From: a virus
Lineage: Duplodnaviria; Caudoviricetes
IMG/VR virus record: IMGVR_UViG_3300030372_005731
Coordinates: 1 to 35,863 of that record
Length of the DNA stretch: 35,863 nt
Direction: 5' to 3' (one strand)
Each line of letters begins with the position of its first letter. Position 1 is the stretch's first letter. The position numbers were made by a program, and so were the translations under genes. A model generated the notes under the pieces. The model ran no database searches. It was not told the DNA's origin and saw nothing but the letters and a program-made list of their open reading frames with translations. Positions 26,291 to 35,352 of the stretch are shown piece by piece.

Positions 26291-26515
26291 ATGACAGGAA
26301 ATAACTTGGTATATATTAAAAAAGACGAGCTTATACGAAACTTAAGTAGCAAGAATTTAACACAAAAAGAGTTTGCAAAATCTATAGGGGTAAGCACAAG
26401 TTGGGTCTCTCAAATTAAACATGGCAAACCAGTTGGTCCAGAAGCACGAGTGAAGGTTATGAGGTTTTTAAGACTTAATGACGAAGCGTTTGATAGTTTA
26501 TTCGAAATAAAATAA
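26291..26515 (+). CDS. Cro-like HTH regulator, 74 aa
   Basis: LTQKEFAKSIGVSTSWVSQIKHG; AGGAGGT RBS supports start 26291. Confidence 0.8.
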   Translation: MTGNNLVYIKKDELIRNLSSKNLTQKEFAKSIGVSTSWVSQIKHGKPVGPEARVKVMRFLRLNDEAFDSLFEIK

Positions 26516-26549
26516 ATATTAATTAATTATTAAGAAAGGGTGACAAAAA

Positions 26550-26855
26550 GTGAATCAACAGTTAACAAAAGATATGACAATTAGTTCATTTATCGAGTCG
26601 ATGGTAGAAGATGCATTTCAGGAAAATTTAAAAGCAATACTTGAACATGCTGCACCAAATAAAGTTATGAGTTTAAAAGAGATAGAGTCTGAATATAACA
26701 TTAAGCCCAGGACAATAAGAAGAGCTATTGATGATGGTGAGTTGCCCTTCGTTTCAGGGAAGAGCGAATCTAAAACAGGTAAGTATTTTGTATTAAAATA
26801 TGAAATTGATAATTGGAATCAAGCTAGGCAACGTAAAATGGGGGTAATTCGATAA
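26550..26855 (+). CDS. Excisionase-like (HTH_17) protein, 101 aa
   Basis: MSLKEIESEYNIKPRTIRRAIDDGELP...YFVLKYEIDNW. Confidence 0.75.
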   Translation: MNQQLTKDMTISSFIESMVEDAFQENLKAILEHAAPNKVMSLKEIESEYNIKPRTIRRAIDDGELPFVSGKSESKTGKYFVLKYEIDNWNQARQRKMGVIR

Positions 26856-26869
26856 TGATAACCCGCTTT

Positions 26870-26924
26870 AAAAAGAAAAACCCCTTCGGCAAAAGGGATT
26901 TATCATCTAAATTGTTAATATCTA
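26870..26924 (-). ncRNA. Putative ~55-nt antisense RNA
   Basis: Extended -10 TGCTATAAT (26939-26931), -35-like TTGTAT, terminator AAAUCCCUU-UUGCCG-AAGGGGUUU-UUCUUUUU. Confidence 0.55.
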
Positions 26925-27000
26925 GACTTAATTATAGCAACTTTTACAATAAAGATACAACCACATCTAAACATATCTTGTGTGATCCTGGGATTTTAGG

Positions 27001-27921
27001 GTGGGTCAAAAAGTGTTAATTAAATTATCCCATAGCGCTCTGAATGACTTTTCTACTTGCCCTAGAAAATTCTACTTTAGTTCGATTCACCGCATCAAAA
27101 CAAAACGTTTTATCGAAGCTCTAGGGCTAGGTAGTCTATTTCATGAATGCGTCGCTATGCTTTATAAAACATCTGACTTAGATGTTGCTATTGAGCATGT
27201 TAAAAAAGAAGAGAAAAGGATTGAGCTAACATTTAGCTGGATTAACAAACAAAAAGACTATGACAGTCTGGAATATTCATCCACCGTTGTTCAGGCTGCA
27301 TTGCATGCTTGGTATAAAAAGTTTTATGTATCTGACATGCATAACGGTTTAAAAGTAATAGAGCTTGAAAAGAAATATTCTGGGCTAAAGATAATTAATC
27401 CTAGTACAGGAAAAACTAAACGTAATTTTAGGTGGTCTTTTATCGCGGATATGGTTGCAGAGGTTGAAGGTGAGCTATGGTTAGTTGAATACAAGACGAC
27501 GAGAACAGTTAATGAAGACTATTTTGAAAGGCTTTCTATAGATACTCAAATATCTGGATATATATATCAGTTACAAAAAATATATAATCGACCTATTAAA
27601 GGTGTTATTTACAGGGTGCTTAAGAAGCCTTCTATTAGATTAAAAAAAACGGAATCAAGAGCTCACTATATAGAGCGAGTAAAAGAATTATTTCAAGAAA
27701 AGCCAAATGAGTTTTTAATTGAAAAAAAGATTTACCGCACTAATGAAGAAATAAGTGAATTTGAAATTGAACGCTGGGAAAAGATACAGCACGTTGCATT
27801 CATAAATAAGAGGGGAGTTTACCCAAAAAACACTAACTCTTGCACCGGTTCTAGAAAATGTGAATACTTCACTTTATGCACAAAGAAAGAAGGCGCTGAG
27901 AAATATTATGAACGAAAGTGA
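27001..27921 (+). CDS. Cas4/RecB-like PD-(D/E)XK exonuclease, about 306 aa
   Basis: SHS..TCPRKFY, GSLFH, IAD, VEYKT, QxxxY, and three C-terminal Cys (Fe-S staple). Confidence 0.88.
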   Translation: MGQKVLIKLSHSALNDFSTCPRKFYFSSIHRIKTKRFIEALGLGSLFHECVAMLYKTSDLDVAIEHVKKEEKRIELTFSWINKQKDYDSLEYSSTVVQAALHAWYKKFYVSDMHNGLKVIELEKKYSGLKIINPSTGKTKRNFRWSFIADMVAEVEGELWLVEYKTTRTVNEDYFERLSIDTQISGYIYQLQKIYNRPIKGVIYRVLKKPSIRLKKTESRAHYIERVKELFQEKPNEFLIEKKIYRTNEEISEFEIERWEKIQHVAFINKRGVYPKNTNSCTGSRKCEYFTLCTKKEGAEKYYERK

Positions 27922-28111
27922 TATTTATCAATACGACAAAAATAGAGGTAAATACGCATATATATCTGAGCGTACAAACTTTGGAGGTGTTATTGAATCA
28001 ATAACGATTGATGAGGCTAAGAAAAAAGTATTTTACAACATATTGCTAGATGGTTATGGAATAACCTATCCATTTGATGCAAAAAAAATAACAATCAAGG
28101 AGACTTATTAG
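27908..28111 (+). CDS. Hypothetical protein, 67 aa
   Basis: ATG overlapping the upstream gene end; fills the operon. Confidence 0.55.
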   Translation: MNESDIYQYDKNRGKYAYISERTNFGGVIESITIDEAKKKVFYNILLDGYGITYPFDAKKITIKETY

Positions 28112-28825
28112 ATGGAATTACCAAAAATTAAAAATAAAAAATGCTCAGACCCAGCGAAATTATGCTGGCTTGTTTATGGCCCACCTAAAATTGGCAAAAG
28201 CAGTCTTTGCTCTCAGTTTGATGACCCCCTATTCATCGCTACGGAAGACCGTTTGAAATTCTTAGATGTATATAAATTACCTACAGAGGGCGCAGTACGA
28301 TCTTGGCAAGAATTAGGGTCTATATTCCAATTGGTAGATCAATCAATAAAAAATGGTTCATTTAAATTCAAAACAGTAGTCATTGATACCCTAGATAATA
28401 TAATTCCTTTATTACATGACCATGTGTGTAAAGAGTTATCGGTTAAAACACCTGGAGAAGCGCCACATGGTCAGGGTTGGGGTGCTATAAATAAAACGTT
28501 TTCTAAGTTTATCAATAGCTGGTTATCGTTAGGCATTGGTGTTGTCTTTATCTGTCACAGTGAAGAGAAAGTCGTAGAAACCTCTAAGATGCGAAGTAAT
28601 AAGATTGTACCAAATATAGGAGGTAAACCGCGTCAAATACTGAATGCTGCTGCCGATGTTATTGCCTACGTTGACATAGACCCTGAAACCGAAATTAGGA
28701 CTGTATTCACTGAGAGAACTGAGCTTTTTGAAGCCGGCGATGGATCGGATAAACTGCCTGGAAAATTTGAATTAAATAAAGGTTATAAATTTGTTAAAGA
28801 GTGTTTTAAAAAAGGAGATAAGTAA
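28112..28825 (+). CDS. Sak4-like (AAA_24) ATPase/recombinase, 237 aa
   Basis: YGPPKIGKS, TVVIDTLD, VFICH. Confidence 0.85.
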   Translation: MELPKIKNKKCSDPAKLCWLVYGPPKIGKSSLCSQFDDPLFIATEDRLKFLDVYKLPTEGAVRSWQELGSIFQLVDQSIKNGSFKFKTVVIDTLDNIIPLLHDHVCKELSVKTPGEAPHGQGWGAINKTFSKFINSWLSLGIGVVFICHSEEKVVETSKMRSNKIVPNIGGKPRQILNAAADVIAYVDIDPETEIRTVFTERTELFEAGDGSDKLPGKFELNKGYKFVKECFKKGDK

Positions 28826-29349
28826 TGGAAAGAATTGGAGAGATTTTAAATGACGATGAAGCCAACATTATATTGAAATCCATGAATGAGGCACCAAAAG
28901 TAGATTTTAAAAAGCAAGACCAAGATCGAGTTGATGCTGAATCTAAAATGAAGGATAAAGAGCGCCTTGTAGGTCGTTTTATATCGGCTCAAATCAAAGA
29001 CACGGTTAAAGGAAAGCAGGTAATTGTAAAGATATCGATTATAACAGATGAATACAAAGATATCGTTGTTACTCTGTTTTTTCAAATTGAAAATGAATCA
29101 ATTAAATATCTGCAGTCTTTCTTAAAGAAATTAGGGAAGCTAGAAGCTGAAAACACGCTTGAAACATTAACTAGAACTCTAGATTCATTAGTTGGAAATT
29201 TTTGTGAATTAGAAGTGAGAAAAACACAGAAAGGCTACACAAATTATTACGCTCGTCGTTTTGTGGATTCAGAAGAAGAAGCATTGGCGTTGAGTAAATA
29301 TATTAAAGCTGACCAAGATGCAGTGAATAATGCTGTAAGCCCATTTTAA
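28825..29349 (+). CDS. Putative ssDNA-binding protein (DUF669-like), 174 aa
   Basis: OB-like strands, LVGNFCELEV...YTNY, PF C-terminus, follows Sak4. Confidence 0.6.
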   Translation: MERIGEILNDDEANIILKSMNEAPKVDFKKQDQDRVDAESKMKDKERLVGRFISAQIKDTVKGKQVIVKISIITDEYKDIVVTLFFQIENESIKYLQSFLKKLGKLEAENTLETLTRTLDSLVGNFCELEVRKTQKGYTNYYARRFVDSEEEALALSKYIKADQDAVNNAVSPF

Positions 29350-29363
29350 AAGGAGATAAAAAA

Positions 29364-29606
29364 ATGCAGCAATTTAGCAGCCCAGATGAGTTTTTCAATG
29401 CGATGAAAAAAGATATATATCAAGATCTAGAAGCAATGGATTATGGAACATTTGAATCGGATGATTGTTTATTAACGGAACCAAAAAGACATGGAATATC
29501 ATATATATCTGAAATTGATATTAATATAGATAGTGTCAAGCATATACCAAATACACAATTAATCCATTTTAGTGTGTTGCCTAGATGTGAAATAAGCTAT
29601 AACTAA
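29364..29606 (+). CDS. Hypothetical protein, 80 aa
   Basis: AGGAG RBS. Confidence 0.6.
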   Translation: MQQFSSPDEFFNAMKKDIYQDLEAMDYGTFESDDCLLTEPKRHGISYISEIDINIDSVKHIPNTQLIHFSVLPRCEISYN

Positions 29607-29711
29607 ATTATAGGAGTTAACCCATGATAAATATTGCTAAAGGATACCATTGCAGTAATGATTTATTATTAAAGATTAATGAGGTTAAAGAACTCTTGAG
29701 GAAAATTAAGA

Positions 29712-30230
29712 ATGGTAAATAAGGGTGATTTACTTAGTATGTTTTTTAATTTAGCTGAAAAAGTTAGTAATAACGAAAAAGAAATTGCACAACTTAAAAA
29801 AAGAAGGCAAAAACAAGATCGGTTAGCTGATAAACAAGACCAGATGAAAAAAATAAAAAATAAATATGCAGACGATGTCTATATGACAACTGAGGAATAT
29901 CAAAAGTTAATCGATAAATTCGGAGAGGTTTTTACCGAAAAAGCGGTGGAACTTTTAAGTGGCTACATTGGCTCCTCAGGGAAAAAATACTACTGCCATT
30001 ATAAAACAATATTGGGTTGGGTAAAAACTCGGTTGGAATCTGACGGTGTAAAACCAATGCCAGGACAGTTAAAGAACAGTAGTAATGTTGTTAGAAAAAA
30101 CGAAGCTTACTATATGCTTCCACAAGAGGTTAGAGATGACCTTGAAAAAGATAAAGGCAGGCCTGTTGACGAGGCGACACGTATGAAAGTGAAGGAAATG
30201 TTAAAAGAAAATGGATACAGGAAGTGTTGA
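29712..30230 (+). CDS. Protein with DnaD-like/replisome-organiser C-terminal-type domain, 172 aa
   Basis: VYMTTEEYQKLIDKFG...LSGYIGSSGKKYYCHYKTILGW. Confidence 0.55.
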   Translation: MVNKGDLLSMFFNLAEKVSNNEKEIAQLKKRRQKQDRLADKQDQMKKIKNKYADDVYMTTEEYQKLIDKFGEVFTEKAVELLSGYIGSSGKKYYCHYKTILGWVKTRLESDGVKPMPGQLKNSSNVVRKNEAYYMLPQEVRDDLEKDKGRPVDEATRMKVKEMLKENGYRKC

Positions 30231-30678
30231 AATGATAGAGAGGTACTTTGTTGGTATAGACCCAGGTAAAACTGGGGCTATATCTATTATAAATAAAGAT
30301 AAGTCTCTAGTTGAATGCTATAGAATTCCAGACAGTGAAAGAGAACTTGTTGAGATTTTCAGGGACCTAGAAGGTAAGGTGTATTTATGCTTACTAGAGA
30401 AGGTTAGTTCAATGCCTGGGCAAGGAGTAAAATCAATGTTTACCTTTGGAAAAGGCTATGGCTTCTTAAGAGCATGTTTAATGGCGTTTAACATTCCATT
30501 TGATGACGTATTGCCAAACACGTGGCAAAAGGCGTTGAATTGTCAAACAAAGGGGGATAAGAACGTTTCTAAGAATAAGGCGTCACAGTTATTCCCTACA
30601 ATAAATATGACTCACTGGAAAGCAGATTCTTTGCTAATAAGTGAATATAACTGGAGGACTTACCATGGAAAATACTGA
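30211..30678 (+). CDS. RuvC-like Holliday junction resolvase
   Basis: VGIDPGKTGA, LEKV, QGVKSMFTFG, PNTWQK, ADSLLI. Confidence 0.9.
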   Translation: MDTGSVEMIERYFVGIDPGKTGAISIINKDKSLVECYRIPDSERELVEIFRDLEGKVYLCLLEKVSSMPGQGVKSMFTFGKGYGFLRACLMAFNIPFDDVLPNTWQKALNCQTKGDKNVSKNKASQLFPTINMTHWKADSLLISEYNWRTYHGKY

Positions 30679-30862
30679 TAGGCTTATTGCTGGGGCTATA
30701 AATGATCTTGAAGGGTGCCGCCAGGTATTAGACCAGATAGATAGAGTTGTAACCGAAGAATACGGGTCAGAAAATTTCGATAAAGCAAATGAGTATTCTG
30801 TTTCAGTAAAAAAGCTTCGGAAGACCATTGAGGTTTTTAAGGAGACTTATATTGATGAATAA
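30665..30862 (+). CDS. Hypothetical protein, 65 aa
   Basis: GGAGG RBS before ATG 30665. Confidence 0.65.
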   Translation: MENTDRLIAGAINDLEGCRQVLDQIDRVVTEEYGSENFDKANEYSVSVKKLRKTIEVFKETYIDE

Positions 30863-30879
30863 GAAAGGAGTATAAATAG

Positions 30880-31051
30880 ATGCAATCAATGTTTAAATAT
30901 TTCTGAAGAGACACACCCTCATGACCTAAAACCTATTATAACCTGTGGTCAGTGTGGTGGGGCAACGACAAGGATAATATCAACTATGAATTTTCACTTA
31001 AAAGGGTCTGGGTTTTATAGTAATGATAATAAGAAAAAAGAAGGAGTATAG
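30880..31051 (+). pseudogene. Degenerate FmdB-like zinc ribbon paralogue
   Basis: Frame from 30881 reads CNQC..EETHPHDLKPIITCGQCGGATTRIISTMNFHLKGSGFYSNDNKKKEGV, but the RBS-linked ATG at 30880 is out of frame. Confidence 0.75.
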
Positions 31052-31054
31052 ATA

Positions 31055-31552
31055 ATGAGTGGAGTAAAAAAAGAGTTAATGGATATCACAAAATCTGTAG
31101 AATGTCGTGAAGAGGCAATAATTACAATAGAGAAAGGAATTAAAATAGCCAGAGATAAGAAAAAATTAATCAAGAAGAAAATTGATGACGCTAACGCAGA
31201 AGCTTTGGTTGATTCATGTACTGATTTAAAAGATTTGCGGAATGCCCTAAAAGCAGTACGTGACAATAAAAAAAGCATAGTAGAGATTGATTCCTACATA
31301 AAAGAATTGATTTGGGCAACTGAAACTTTAAGAGACTCAATAAGTTTTCTAATGGATACAAAGCTTAAAGCCAATAGTAACATAAAAGACATATCTTTGG
31401 GCATTCTTGAAAAAAGGATGAAGCTAGAAAAAGAAGCTGTTGAGTACTTACATCGCGGTAAAGATATACTAGAATTGTTACGTCCATGGACTTATGATAG
31501 CCCAAGGTATACCGATGCACCATTGGCAAAAGCATTAATCTATTATACATAG
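31055..31552 (+). CDS. Coiled-coil hypothetical protein, 165 aa
   Basis: AAGGAG RBS; heptad-rich. Confidence 0.7.
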   Translation: MSGVKKELMDITKSVECREEAIITIEKGIKIARDKKKLIKKKIDDANAEALVDSCTDLKDLRNALKAVRDNKKSIVEIDSYIKELIWATETLRDSISFLMDTKLKANSNIKDISLGILEKRMKLEKEAVEYLHRGKDILELLRPWTYDSPRYTDAPLAKALIYYT

Positions 31553-31561
31553 GGGATGTAG

Positions 31562-31747
31562 ATGCCGTTATATGATTACAAATGCAAAGTGTGTGGATTT
31601 ATAAATAATGTAAGACATCCTATGGATTTAAGCCCATTAGTTTCATGCAACAAATGTGGGCAAGAGACTTTTAGGATGATATCTGGGAGTGCCGTAATAT
31701 TTAAAGGTAATGGGTTTTACTCAACTGATAATAAGAAAGGAGAATAA
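31562..31747 (+). CDS. FmdB-family zinc ribbon protein, 61 aa
   Basis: MPLYDYKCKVCG...CNKCG...FKGNGFYSTD. Confidence 0.9.
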   Translation: MPLYDYKCKVCGFINNVRHPMDLSPLVSCNKCGQETFRMISGSAVIFKGNGFYSTDNKKGE

Positions 31748-31751
31748 AAAT

Positions 31752-32105
31752 ATGGATGTTGCAAAGCAAGATCACTACGCTAGGTTTAAGATTGAACCTA
31801 AGGATTTTATTTTAAAGAACAAGTTGAATTGGATACAAGGAAATATCATTAAATATGCGTGCAGGTATCCTTATAAGCATAAGAGTGCTGAGGGTAAGAA
31901 GCAAGATCTTGAAAAAATTATAGTCTATGCTGGTTATGCAATAGAGGAATTAACAGATAAAGAATCTGCTGAAGATAAGCATACAGATGAATTTGAGCCT
32001 ATAACTAAGTGGGTTCCAGTGAATAATAAACCTAAAGGATACGGGGTTTTTGCACCGGACTTTGATGTGAAATTTAAATCCTCTTTGTGGGGGGTAATTA
32101 ATTAG
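31752..32105 (+). CDS. DUF3310 (SaV-like) protein, 117 aa
   Basis: DHY...IEPKDFI...GNIIKYACRY..K...QDLEK. Confidence 0.85.
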   Translation: MDVAKQDHYARFKIEPKDFILKNKLNWIQGNIIKYACRYPYKHKSAEGKKQDLEKIIVYAGYAIEELTDKESAEDKHTDEFEPITKWVPVNNKPKGYGVFAPDFDVKFKSSLWGVIN

Positions 32106-32106
32106 G

Positions 32107-32325
32107 ATGAGTATGTTGGATATCAAGACTAATACAAGGTATAAAAATATGGAACCCACTTTAGATCAACTTAATAAAGAGATAGAAGAAATTAGTGACT
32201 GTTTGCTAATGATGCAAGCCGAGGTAGTACGGAATGGCGCGATATGCTCAGCCGAAACATACAACAACAATCCCTACCTAAAGAACCCAGAGTTGTACGA
32301 TAGATGGCCCAGAGTTGGACGATAG
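32107..32325 (+). CDS. Hypothetical protein, 72 aa
   Basis: Last ORF of the early arm. Confidence 0.5.
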   Translation: MSMLDIKTNTRYKNMEPTLDQLNKEIEEISDCLLMMQAEVVRNGAICSAETYNNNPYLKNPELYDRWPRVGR

Positions 32326-32373
32326 ATGGGGGAAATAGTGATCATAATATTTTGATCTGAAAATATTGATAGC

Positions 32374-32775
32374 TTATAATTCAACACCGAATAGGTTTAA
32401 TTTAATGTTCCCATTGGTTGGGTTATAAGCTATCCCTGCAGGTCCTACTGACGCTGTAGCAATTTTCTTTTTACAATCAAAATCAACTTTTAAATCCTTA
32501 ATAGCCCCACTCATATCATCATTTAAAATCTTTGCTACTTGTTTTTTTGATTCATCATTCATATTTGCAGTTACTTCGTCAAATTTGGTAATAATATATT
32601 CCAGACCTTTATCGTCTACCTTTGTATTTGTTAACTTAGCTGCTTTTCTTGAAACTTCTAGGCCAATTCTAAAATACTTAAATGCTATTGCTCTATTTCT
32701 TTTTACAGACATCCATCTTATAAAATCCACAATAAAACCACCTAAATATTGAAAAAACATAACAATATAACTCAT
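32374..32775 (-). CDS. Lysis-module protein with hydrophobic N-terminus, 133 aa
   Basis: Directly after the endolysin; AGGAG RBS. Confidence 0.55.
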   Translation of the reverse strand: MSYIVMFFQYLGGFIVDFIRWMSVKRNRAIAFKYFRIGLEVSRKAAKLTNTKVDDKGLEYIITKFDEVTANMNDESKKQVAKILNDDMSGAIKDLKVDFDCKKKIATASVGPAGIAYNPTNGNIKLNLFGVEL

Positions 32776-33240
32776 TTACTTATCTCCTTTATACTTAATA
32801 TAACCATTTGTTGTTTTTATTAAAGCCTCTTTTTTATATGGCCTTCCAAACCTATTACACGATATGTGAATAAAGCCTTGCTCTGGGTAGTAAATTACCT
32901 GCCTATAATAGATATTAGACTCTTCAATTATCCAGTGAAACACATCTATTTGATCTTTGATTTTAACGCAATGAATATCACCAGCTAAGCAATATAAGTG
33001 ATCAGAGTCTTGTGACCCACCTATAGCTTTATTAAGCTGGTTTGATCTTTTACCAGACAATACCTGGGTTGGTCCAAATTTATCTCTTATAGGCTGGAAA
33101 CATGTTGTTGCCCATAACTGCAATGATACAATATCGAACTCATTAAATAGGATATTTGCAGCCACATCAGGATGATCCTTTGAGACCTTCATTTCTTTTA
33201 ATGTTAGATTTTTAGATAGCTTAAACTCTTCAATATTCAT
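32776..33240 (-). CDS. Endolysin, peptidase M15A-like, 154 aa
   Basis: LSGKRS..LNKAIGG..SDHLYCLAGDI...FIHIS zinc-binding motifs. Confidence 0.88.
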   Translation of the reverse strand: MNIEEFKLSKNLTLKEMKVSKDHPDVAANILFNEFDIVSLQLWATTCFQPIRDKFGPTQVLSGKRSNQLNKAIGGSQDSDHLYCLAGDIHCVKIKDQIDVFHWIIEESNIYYRQVIYYPEQGFIHISCNRFGRPYKKEALIKTTNGYIKYKGDK

Positions 33241-33521
33241 TTTTCTACCCTGCTTAATAATTCAACGATATGGTCTAGTTTGGAAACAGTAATCGCTTGC
33301 TGAATTTGAATAGATTTCTGAGTGTCTTTTATTTCTTTAACGATAGGTTGTATAGCTACTGGTGCTTCTTTAATTATCATCTCGCTTACTTCTGTACGAT
33401 CTGGCTTGTCTAATTCATAGAATAACAATTGAACCAAGACTAAGACAAGTGCCCCTAATCCAGTGGCAGCGGCTAACCAAACTCCAGTACGAAAAGATTC
33501 GTTTTCATTCCCATTTGTCAT
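33237..33521 (-). CDS. Holin candidate / single-TM protein, 94 aa
   Basis: One TM helix then coiled coil, directly upstream of the endolysin. Confidence 0.45.
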   Translation of the reverse strand: MTNGNENESFRTGVWLAAATGLGALVLVLVQLLFYELDKPDRTEVSEMIIKEAPVAIQPIVKEIKDTQKSIQIQQAITVSKLDHIVELLSRVEK

Positions 33522-35341
33522 TATTCATCCTCCTGTCGACTTATTTGCCTTTGCCCTAACTGACTGCCCCCAAGCCGTGTCCCATACAGTGAAAGCCCCT
33601 TCGATCTATTTACAGCATCTCCCAAACTACGACCCCCTCTTGCTACCTTAGCCCCTCCTTTAATGGCTTGCTTATAAAGTACTGGGGATCTTGCGATTAA
33701 GGGAGTTATCCCTCTTGTCGTTCCTACTGCAGTAGCCGTAAGTATTTCTCTTGCCGTGCCAGAAGAATCTGAAAGGTAGTTCTTAGATGACCATACTCTA
33801 CTTAATGCATTAGCTATCGTCCCGTTCTCAATATCTTCCATAAACTTCAAACCTTGTGGAGCTAAATTATCTATTTTTTGCAACACATCTTTTTGTGCTT
33901 CACCAATAGTGCCGTCACCTAATTTTTTCACACTTTTTTCAGCTGAAAATTCTTTAAGCATCGTTTTTGACATATCTTCTAAATCTATAGCTTCTGCGTA
34001 TTTTTTTGTAAAATTCCTATAAGATTCAGAAGAGTCTTTTAATACGTCCCCAATATCTTTATGTAATTCCCACATAGCTGCGGTACCGACATTGTCAGAT
34101 TTTAACCTATTAGCTTCGTCTCTTAAATTTTGCTTAATGAAATTTAATTTTTCCAGAGTTACTTCCCCCGCGTTAAGCTTTTTGAAAACATTTAACAGAA
34201 ATAAAGACTCTTTTGGATTTAATTTTGTTTGGTCTATATCAAGATCTCCATTAGCAGCTTTTGTTAAAATGTTTTGAATTGAATAACGTTTTTGGTCTGA
34301 AGAAACTTTTTGTTTAATATTCTTTTCGAATGCACCTAGAACAGACTCACCAGTATCAGTAAGCGGTTTATTTAAGTCAACTTTTGTTTTTGTTTTTGAT
34401 AGAAGTTCCATTTCTTGTTCAGCTATATCTTTTGCATTTTTCAAAACTTCACGCATAGCCTGTTTAGCACGTTTCCCCAAATCCAGTACGTCTTTATTAG
34501 AAAGCTCCTTTAAAGGCTTACCAGCCATTTCAGCGTCAATATATTTCTTAAACCAAGGCCTAGGTATTTGAGTTAACTGCTCAGTAACAACGCCTGCAGG
34601 AACACTTAATATTTTGCCTAGATATTTCGCTGCGCCAGTGATTCCTTTGCCACTTAATGCTAAACCAGAAACCATAGCTCCAGTCGAGGCCCCAGCCACA
34701 GTTGCAGACTTTGCTGCAGCGTCAACATCGCCTGATTGTGTTAGTCCACGTATGAACTCACCAGACATAACTTGGACTGCATTATCCAAAGAGTCTCCTA
34801 ATACACTGCTCATTTTATTAATAGGTTTTTTTGTTACAGCTTCAACAATTTTTTTAGTCGCATTTGGGACTATTTTTCTGAACCCAGGTATCTTAGTGGC
34901 ACCTAACGCTAAGTTACGCCCTAGCCCTGCAGGAGAAACTAGTAGTGCCGCATCTACTGCTGTGTTTACTGTATCTTTAGCTCCTGCTTTTATCTCATCA
35001 ACTATAACGTCTTTCTTTGAGGCTCCGGTGGCAATTTGATCTACACGCCTTTGCAATTTACCCTCATAAAATTCTTTATTTGATTTACCAGGGGTTACTA
35101 CGTCTGTTACTGCCAAAACAGTATCTGCAACTTTTCCAATTGTTGATTTGGGGCCATATAGCTCTTTTTCCAACTTTTGAACCCTCTCGTCTGCTACTAA
35201 TTTCTGTCTTACTTGCGAGCCTTTTTTAAACTCTTCAGGGTTTAACCCTTGAGAATTAATATATTTTACAATATCTTCGTCACTTGCCCCGTCGGCATGC
35301 ATTGCTTTTGTTTTCATAAATGTTTTAAAATAAGATACCAT
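33521..35341 (-). CDS. Large internal virion/DNA ejection protein candidate, 606 aa
   Basis: K/A/G-rich helical protein with GA-rich segments, last structural gene. Confidence 0.6.
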   Translation of the reverse strand: MVSYFKTFMKTKAMHADGASDEDIVKYINSQGLNPEEFKKGSQVRQKLVADERVQKLEKELYGPKSTIGKVADTVLAVTDVVTPGKSNKEFYEGKLQRRVDQIATGASKKDVIVDEIKAGAKDTVNTAVDAALLVSPAGLGRNLALGATKIPGFRKIVPNATKKIVEAVTKKPINKMSSVLGDSLDNAVQVMSGEFIRGLTQSGDVDAAAKSATVAGASTGAMVSGLALSGKGITGAAKYLGKILSVPAGVVTEQLTQIPRPWFKKYIDAEMAGKPLKELSNKDVLDLGKRAKQAMREVLKNAKDIAEQEMELLSKTKTKVDLNKPLTDTGESVLGAFEKNIKQKVSSDQKRYSIQNILTKAANGDLDIDQTKLNPKESLFLLNVFKKLNAGEVTLEKLNFIKQNLRDEANRLKSDNVGTAAMWELHKDIGDVLKDSSESYRNFTKKYAEAIDLEDMSKTMLKEFSAEKSVKKLGDGTIGEAQKDVLQKIDNLAPQGLKFMEDIENGTIANALSRVWSSKNYLSDSSGTAREILTATAVGTTRGITPLIARSPVLYKQAIKGGAKVARGGRSLGDAVNRSKGLSLYGTRLGGSQLGQRQISRQEDE

Positions 35342-35352
35342 TTAGCGCTCCT

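Noticed and set aside
27001-27921. CRISPR-Cas system
   Set aside because: No repeat-spacer array or other cas genes seen; the Cas4-like nuclease sits in a Sak4/SSB recombination module.
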